The position numbers and the translations under genes were made by a program. A model generated the notes under the pieces. That model had not been told where the DNA came from. It saw nothing but the letters and a program-made list of their open reading frames with translations, and made no database searches. This document shows, one piece after another, positions 54,483 through 59,594 of a stretch of 59,594 nucleotides of DNA. This stretch comes from a virus (taxonomy: Duplodnaviria; Caudoviricetes): IMG/VR virus record IMGVR_UViG_3300021057_000001, positions 1-59,594 of that record; one strand, given 5' to 3'. Each line of letters opens with the position of its first letter. The first letter of the stretch is position 1.

Positions 54483-55256
54483 TCAGGTCGCCTTGGAAGG
54501 CTTGAGCTGCGCCGACTTCGTGGCGCGGCTCGGTGGCGCCTTCGCGACAGACGCCCGGATAGACGGGTCGCGGGGGACGTTGACCTTCATGATGATGTCA
54601 CGCGGACGAGCCCGCATCGCCTGGATGTCCTCGCTGCTCTTCAGCGGCTCGGCGGCGAGTTCCTCCTTCAGCCGCTGGGGCAGCGTGCTCGGATCGTAGG
54701 CGGCCTTCGACTTCCCTCCGAGCTTGAGTCCGATAACGCGGGTGATCGTTCCCTTTCCCTTGTTGATCTGCATCGCTTCGATGCGCTTCACGGGCGGTGA
54801 GTCCGCCATGGTCGCGTCCTTCGCCGAACGGCGCGCCTTCGTCGGCTTCCGCTCGACCAGTGCGAGCGTGATCTCCGGGGCGATCGCCTTCAGGACATCG
54901 AGGAGCGTCTCGAGCTTCGGGATGGCGCCCTGCTCGTAGCGCGCGTAGGCGTTGCGCGAGCTCGCCCCGATCTTGTTCGCGACCTCAGCGAGCGAGAGCT
55001 TGTGGACCTCGCGCTGGTAGCGGAGGACGACCGCGATCAGCTTGCCCAGATCGTTCGACTCGACCACGACCGTTCCAGCATCGTCGACCGGCGTCACCGT
55101 GACCTTGAAGCTCGGATCGTCAACGACGTCCTCGAAGGCATCTGCGAGGGCCTGACGTGCCTCCGACTCGGACTTGCCCTGCGTGAAGACGCCTGCGATG
55201 TCGCAATGGGCGCCCCACCAGCTTCCGTCCTTCTCGATGCGTGCGGTGATCATCAT
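54483..55256 (-). CDS. hicB: HicB antitoxin with XRE HTH and basic C-terminal extension
   Basis: IEKDGSWWGAHCDIAGVFTQGKSESEARQALADA (HicB fold); LSLAEVANKIGASSRNAYARYEQG (HTH). Confidence 0.88.
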   Translation of the reverse strand: MMITARIEKDGSWWGAHCDIAGVFTQGKSESEARQALADAFEDVVDDPSFKVTVTPVDDAGTVVVESNDLGKLIAVVLRYQREVHKLSLAEVANKIGASSRNAYARYEQGAIPKLETLLDVLKAIAPEITLALVERKPTKARRSAKDATMADSPPVKRIEAMQINKGKGTITRVIGLKLGGKSKAAYDPSTLPQRLKEELAAEPLKSSEDIQAMRARPRDIIMKVNVPRDPSIRASVAKAPPSRATKSAQLKPSKAT

Positions 55257-55275
55257 GGGTAGGGTACTCCGGCGG

Positions 55276-55449
55276 CTACAGATGCGCCGCGGCTAGGATT
55301 TTCCGCGCCGTGCCCGGCGCGATTTCGGTGTGGCGCGGCACGGCGATCGTGTGCGCCTTGGTCTGGTGGCCGAAGATCTCGTGCTTGCCCCGGCGGACAG
55401 GGAACCAGCCCAGCGCGTTCAGCATCCTGACCAGTTCCCGCCGCTTCAT
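55276..55449 (-). CDS. hicA: HicA toxin (mRNA interferase)
   Basis: MKRRELVRMLNALGWFPVRRGKHEIF...VPRHTEIAPGTARKIL. Confidence 0.93.
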   Translation of the reverse strand: MKRRELVRMLNALGWFPVRRGKHEIFGHQTKAHTIAVPRHTEIAPGTARKILAAAHL

Positions 55450-55456
55450 TACCTCT

Positions 55457-55484
55457 ATTGTACACACGATTGTGGACAATGCAA
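55457..55484 (-). promoter_or_regulatory. hicAB promoter with palindromic operator
   Basis: TTGCAT-N16-TACAAT on the minus strand; inverted repeat ATTGTACACA-N4-TGTGGACAAT (55457-55480, 9/10 match). Confidence 0.75.
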
Positions 55485-55650
55485 GAGAGAATCGGCAGCG
55501 CGAAGCGAACTGGCCGGAGTACGTGCGCTGGTACCGGTCAACCGGGCAGCTGTAGCGTCGGCGCACGTTGACGGCAGCGAGACCTCAGCCCAGGATCGCG
55601 GCGTGGTGAACGTCGCGAACGGCTGCTGCTCGCTCGATGCGCTGTGCGCG

Positions 55651-55935
55651 ATGCACGCCGATGATTCGTTCGCGCAGCTTCGCGGCGTGGCTCAAGCTCG
55701 CGGGTGGCAGTGGGCCGGCGAGCTGCTCGCGCGCGGCGTGACACCCGAGACGCACGGGCCGTGGCCGGACGCGAGCGATCGGCTGATCACGGTCGCGCTG
55801 ATCAAGGTCGCCGACCTCGCGCGGGATGCCGGGCTCCGGCGGCGACTGGCGGACGAGGCGATCAGGGCGGCGCGGCGGAGGTGGCTAGAAGCGTCGGCGG
55901 CGCCTGCGATCAACGTCGACCGCGTCCGCCTGTAG
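55651..55935 (+). CDS. Hypothetical protein
   Basis: 94 aa helical ORF divergent from hicA. Confidence 0.45.
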   Translation: MHADDSFAQLRGVAQARGWQWAGELLARGVTPETHGPWPDASDRLITVALIKVADLARDAGLRRRLADEAIRAARRRWLEASAAPAINVDRVRL

Positions 55936-56073
55936 TTCCTTCGCCGCGAACGTGCCGGGCTGGAACGTCCCGAACACGACGGCGGTGCGCAGCTCGATAC
56001 GGCCGACTTCAACCTCGCCGCGCTCGACCAGGTCGGCGAGCATGCGCAGGTACTCGGCGGTCGTGAGGATCAC
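55885..56073 (-). CDS. Hypothetical protein
   Basis: AEYLRMLADLVERG motif; last gene of the leftward arm. Confidence 0.5.
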   Translation of the reverse strand: MILTTAEYLRMLADLVERGEVEVGRIELRTAVVFGTFQPGTFAAKELQADAVDVDRRRRRRF

Positions 56074-56243
56074 GGCTTCACCGGCTTCGCGACGCGACCG
56101 ACGCCGTGACACGTCTTGCAGGTCGGTCGATCTTCACCGGTCTCCGGATCGCGCACGACGCCATCACAGGCTGGGCAGAGCGTCGAGACGCGGTACATCT
56201 CCTCGACCGTCGACCACTGGAGCTTCGGCCTCTTCGCGCTCAC
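56070..56243 (-). CDS. Small DnaJ-type Zn-finger protein
   Basis: 57 aa read manually; CPACDG...CKTCHGVG; GTGA overlaps. Confidence 0.55.
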   Translation of the reverse strand: MSAKRPKLQWSTVEEMYRVSTLCPACDGVVRDPETGEDRPTCKTCHGVGRVAKPVKP

Positions 56244-56461
56244 GGCTCGCCCATCTTTCGCAGCTCATCAATGCGCGGATCCCGCGGATCTCCGCCGGTC
56301 GCCCAGCCATCCAGCGCCTCCTTCAGCGCCGCGCGGAGCTCGCGTACCTCCTCGATCAGCGCGAGCGACCGATCGCGGTCGAGCCACTTCTCGACGTTGC
56401 CATCGTTCGCGCGCGCGTTCGCCGCCAGGTCGCGCAGCTGGTCGTCGGTCATCTTCGCCAT
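56240..56461 (-). CDS. Hypothetical protein (Ead-like)
   Basis: MTDDQLRDL...LALIEEVRELRAALKEALDGW. Confidence 0.55.
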   Translation of the reverse strand: MAKMTDDQLRDLAANARANDGNVEKWLDRDRSLALIEEVRELRAALKEALDGWATGGDPRDPRIDELRKMGEP

Positions 56462-56470
56462 CGCCTCAGC

Positions 56471-56773
56471 CTACCCCGACCCCGGCCCGCAGTACGCGTA
56501 GCTCAGGCCCTCGCAGACGTACCCCGCGCAGCCGTCGATCGGCACGCAGAGCTCGATCCGCTCCGAGCCGCAGGTGACGACCCGGCGCATCCAGCAGTCG
56601 GAGACGTCGGGCGGCGCGTCGATGGGAATCGCGTCGAGCGGCACCGGCGCGTCGGGCGGCGGCGCGAGGTTGTCACCGCAGGCGGCGGCGATCACGAGCG
56701 CGATCGCCCAGCGCGGTCGCAGGGTTAACCCGCCCACGCAACCGCGGCGCGCCCTGGTCGATACGTGCTCCAT
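56471..56773 (-). CDS. Cys-rich lipoprotein (start uncertain)
   Basis: WAIALVIAAA/CGDN lipobox, PDA/IDAPPD linker, 6 further Cys. Confidence 0.6.
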   Translation of the reverse strand: MEHVSTRARRGCVGGLTLRPRWAIALVIAAACGDNLAPPPDAPVPLDAIPIDAPPDVSDCWMRRVVTCGSERIELCVPIDGCAGYVCEGLSYAYCGPGSG

Positions 56774-56790
56774 GTCCAAGACCCATCCCT

Positions 56791-58359
56791 TCATCGACGT
56801 CCGGAACCTTTCGCAACCACTCGCAACCTCACAGGTTCCCGATCGGCGTTCTCGTGACTCGCTGTTGAACAAGCGAGCGACACCGAAGCGCCGGGCGCGG
56901 CCCACGCGACATCGAAGTCGACATCGACGCCACGTGTGATCGCGGTTCCCGCTGGCACAAGCCTGCGCACGATCGCGCGTCGCTCCTCCGGCGAGCCAGC
57001 CTCGGCCACTGCGCGCAGTTCGGCGATCAGCGCATCGGCGTCGACGTCCTCGGCGCGGAGCCGCAGAGCATCGCGAGCCGCCTCGAGCTGCGCCTCCAGG
57101 GCTCGTCGCTCCTTCGCCGCAGCGGCGAGCTCGAGGTCGAAGGCCGCATCGGACAGCAGCCCGCGCCGGAAGCGCGCCGCGATCCCAGCCGCCGCTTGTT
57201 CCGCCTTCGCCAGCTTCGACTCCCACCGCTTGACGTCAGCCTGCCAGTCGCGGCGATCGGCAGCGCGTGCGGTCAGTCGCGAGCGCAAAGCCTCGACAGC
57301 CGCCTCGCTCGTCACGGCGTGAGCCACGGTGTCCCACACCCGAGCGTCAGTATCGACGACGGGCAGGCACGGCGCGGCACATCTCTCGGCGAGCCGGTAC
57401 TCGGCGGCAAGTCGCGATCGGCACACGTAGGCCGCGGCGCGCATGTAGCCGTTCGCTCCAGGCCGGGCGGTGCGAATGCCCAGCGGCGATCCGCACTCGC
57501 CGCACACGGCGATGCCTTCGAGGAGATAGACATGCTTCGTCTTCCGAAGTCCGCGCGTCTGCGCCTTCGACAGCGTATCCTGCGCGCGCTCGAACGTGGC
57601 CCGGTCCACGATCGCCGGCACGTCGACCCACATGCGCTTGCGCTTGTTCGCGAGCCAGCGTCCGGTGAGGTGCTCCGACGTGGCGATCCGCCAGACGGCG
57701 CGCCGGTGCCACTCGCCGCGCATGGCTGGCTCGCCGCGTTGCGCGAAGTCGTCGGCGATGTCCAGGCAGCTCTCGCCTTGGAGCACGCGTCGCAGGATCT
57801 CTCTCGCCAGGTTGGCTCGCTGTTCGTCGATCGCCCATCGCTTCCCGGCGCGGTCGTACAGAAGACCGAACGGCGTCACGCCGCACGGCTTGCCGCCGTT
57901 GGCGGTCACGCGCTCGCGCCCGGCGATCGAGCGAGCGATGCGTACCCTCGTTTCCTCGGCAGCCACCTCCGCTTTGAGCAGCGCGTACACGGAGCCGAGC
58001 ATCGTGCGGAGATCGATGCGGCTCCCCGTCGGCGTGACGATCTCGATACCGGCGCGCTGGAACGGGCCGAGGATCTGCGCTCGCTCCTGCATGTCGCTCG
58101 TGCGCGTGAGCCGATCGATGTCGAACACGACGAGGATATCGAAGGCTCTGGCTTCGGCATCGCGAACAAGCCGCGCGAAGGCGTCGCGCTTGTCGAGCTT
58201 GCCGGTCGAAGCCGAGCGCCCGTCATCGACGTACTCGCCTGCGGGCTGCCACTGCTGGGCAGCGATGAACGCGCGCAGCGTGCGTAGCTGTCCGTCGATC
58301 GTCTGCGCATCGCGCTGAGCGGCTGTCGAGACGCGGGCGTATAGAGCGGCGCGGGTCAC
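56791..58359 (-). CDS. int: Large serine recombinase (integrase)
   Basis: AALYARVST, DDGRS, IDRLTR, PFG, PAIVD..TFERAQ, YLLEGIAVCGECG Zn ribbon, coiled coil. Confidence 0.95.
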   Translation of the reverse strand: MTRAALYARVSTAAQRDAQTIDGQLRTLRAFIAAQQWQPAGEYVDDGRSASTGKLDKRDAFARLVRDAEARAFDILVVFDIDRLTRTSDMQERAQILGPFQRAGIEIVTPTGSRIDLRTMLGSVYALLKAEVAAEETRVRIARSIAGRERVTANGGKPCGVTPFGLLYDRAGKRWAIDEQRANLAREILRRVLQGESCLDIADDFAQRGEPAMRGEWHRRAVWRIATSEHLTGRWLANKRKRMWVDVPAIVDRATFERAQDTLSKAQTRGLRKTKHVYLLEGIAVCGECGSPLGIRTARPGANGYMRAAAYVCRSRLAAEYRLAERCAAPCLPVVDTDARVWDTVAHAVTSEAAVEALRSRLTARAADRRDWQADVKRWESKLAKAEQAAAGIAARFRRGLLSDAAFDLELAAAAKERRALEAQLEAARDALRLRAEDVDADALIAELRAVAEAGSPEERRAIVRRLVPAGTAITRGVDVDFDVAWAAPGASVSLACSTASHENADREPVRLRVVAKGSGRR

Positions 58360-58526
58360 GGCTTCGAGGCTGCTCCGGAGCGGCGGCGGGCGTCCAGCAG
58401 CTCGAGCAAGAGGTCGGCGAACGCGTCGACGTCCGCGAGCTCGGGGCGGTAGCGCGGCCGAGCGACAGGTGCCGGCGGGCGCTTGCTTAGCACCCGCCGG
58501 ACCCGCTCTTTGCGGCGATCGGTCAC
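58356..58526 (-). CDS. Small basic protein upstream of integrase
   Basis: 56 aa, translationally coupled to int. Confidence 0.5.
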   Translation of the reverse strand: MTDRRKERVRRVLSKRPPAPVARPRYRPELADVDAFADLLLELLDARRRSGAASKP

Positions 58527-58828
58527 TCGCCTCCGGTGGGCGGGCGGGTGAGCGCACACCGCACGCACTGCTCGAACGGCGGCTTGGCTTCGCCGATGCG
58601 TTCCCAGGCGTGCAAGCAGGCGGCGCGAATCGAGGCCATCTTCGTTGCCACCTTCTCCATCGCGCAATCGATCTCGTAGCGCTGCTCGTCGAGCATGACG
58701 ACCACGATGCTGTCTGGTTCCAACTTCGGTGCGATGTGCTCGCGCACCGTGTTGTAGGCGTCGAGCAGCGCCTTGAACCGTTCGCGCTCTTGGCGCAGTT
58801 GCCAGATGCGATCGAGGGTGTCGGTCAT
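58523..58828 (-). CDS. Hypothetical protein
   Basis: Coiled coil plus CLHAW...CVRC. Confidence 0.55.
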   Translation of the reverse strand: MTDTLDRIWQLRQERERFKALLDAYNTVREHIAPKLEPDSIVVVMLDEQRYEIDCAMEKVATKMASIRAACLHAWERIGEAKPPFEQCVRCALTRPPTGGE

Positions 58829-59124
58829 GGCACGCCTCCGGTGGGCTCGATCGACATCACACACATCCCCTCCGGGATTCCCCATTCGCCGCCGCGGGTG
58901 ATGTACGTGACGCGGACACGGAGCGAGCGGCCGGTGTAGCCGCGCGGCGCGGCGAACGGTATGCCGCTCAGTGTGGGCGCCAGCGTCGGATCCCACTCCC
59001 TCAGCAGCAGCACATCACCCACCGCGAACGGCCGATCCGCCTTGCGAATCTCGTGGCGCTTGGCGCCGGAGAGGACCGCGGCGAATGGGGCGGGCCAGGT
59101 CTTGAGGTCGTGTTCTACGGCCAT
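58825..59124 (-). CDS. ASCH/DUF3850 domain protein
   Basis: HDLKTWPAPFAAVLSGAKRHEIRKADRPFAVGDVLLLREWDP...YTGR...VTYI. Confidence 0.88.
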   Translation of the reverse strand: MAVEHDLKTWPAPFAAVLSGAKRHEIRKADRPFAVGDVLLLREWDPTLAPTLSGIPFAAPRGYTGRSLRVRVTYITRGGEWGIPEGMCVMSIEPTGGVP

Positions 59125-59387
59125 AGCCCCTGCTCCACGCGCAGCGCGGCTTCGAGCAACCCGCGCCGACGTCGCCAATTCACCCAGTACCACTCGGATG
59201 GGATGCCACTGATCTGCATGTACGCGTCACAGGCAAGCGAGTAAACGCGTGAGCAGGGGTTGATGAAGTCGACATAGCCCAGGTCCGCGGCGGCCCAGGC
59301 AAGCCCGGGTCCGTTGCGTTGGCCGTCTGCCGCACACCGCAGCAACTCCACCACCTCCGCGCGCTGTTTGCGGGTGAGGTGGGTCAT
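59115..59387 (-). CDS. Hypothetical protein
   Basis: VVELLRCAAD...LLEAALRVEQGLWP. Confidence 0.6.
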   Translation of the reverse strand: MTHLTRKQRAEVVELLRCAADGQRNGPGLAWAAADLGYVDFINPCSRVYSLACDAYMQISGIPSEWYWVNWRRRRGLLEAALRVEQGLWP

Positions 59388-59566
59388 GGGGTCCACCTGC
59401 CGTCCTTGATACATGCCGCAACGTGCTCCAAATCGCGGCGGCTCAGGTTCTGGTCGGCGTTGCCAGCGGCGCACTGGCCAAGGAACTCGACGAGTTCGGT
59501 CAGCGCCTTTCGGACTGAGCGATCGATCATGCGCTGGACGTCTGCGCTGTCCGGCGTGTGCTTCAC
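59384..59566 (-). CDS. Hypothetical protein spanning the circular junction
   Basis: 60 aa; its 5' part is duplicated at 1-99. Confidence 0.55.
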   Translation of the reverse strand: MKHTPDSADVQRMIDRSVRKALTELVEFLGQCAAGNADQNLSRRDLEHVAACIKDGRWTP

Positions 59567-59594
59567 GGCTTTCTCCCATAGACGAGCAACTCGA
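59468..59594 (+). repeat. Terminal direct repeat, copy 2 (assembly overlap)
   Basis: Identical to 1-127. Confidence 0.9.

Larger units (their letters stand above)
1..59467. mobile_element. Complete temperate tailed phage genome (siphovirus-like), circular assembly
   Basis: Terminase, portal, capsid, tail, lysis, integrase and repressor modules all present; the ends overlap exactly; no host housekeeping genes seen. Confidence 0.93.

Noticed and set aside
59468-59594. 127-bp terminal repeat as a biological DTR or att core
   Set aside because: Exact 127-nt match inside coding sequence, far from terminase and integrase; best explained as assembler k-mer overlap of a circular contig.

Overview
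The window is a complete, circularly assembled genome of a temperate tailed dsDNA phage of about 59.47 kb and very high GC. Bases 1-127 repeat exactly at 59468-59594, which looks like an assembler overlap. Layout: (i) A leftward early arm runs from about 13.25 kb through base 1, wraps to the end of the window and continues to about 55.9 kb. It holds many small accessory and Zn-finger genes, an SSB, a Sak4-like ATPase, a Cas4/RecB-like nuclease, C5 and amino DNA methyltransferases, an ASCH-like gene and a large serine integrase. (ii) A divergent repressor/Cro switch sits at 13.6-14.3 kb with TTAG-N5-CTAA operators. (iii) A rightward replication block holds a PAPS-reductase-family gene, an SF2 helicase, VRR-NUC, a primase-polymerase/VapE fusion followed by an iteron-like origin, a Dam-like gene and a 5'-nucleotidase. 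(iv) Siphovirus-type packaging, head and tail genes occupy 26.9-49.6 kb. (v) A lysis region holds spanin-like genes and an amidase, followed by a HicAB module. Spanins and several Cys-rich lipoproteins point to a diderm host, plausibly Myxococcota (inference only). The strongest observations read directly from the sequence are: an 8-copy late promoter (TCGCCC-N17/18-[G/C]ANNNT) driving leaderless or near-leaderless transcripts; a MuF/gp7 head protein whose extension ends in an SSB-like tail (DDDDVPF) with a small downstream partner gene; a structured, possibly pseudoknotted RNA leader before the Sak4-like gene; a degenerate tRNA-like element; and several antisense Cys-rich lipoprotein morons. 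All family calls come from motif recognition by eye; no database searches were run.
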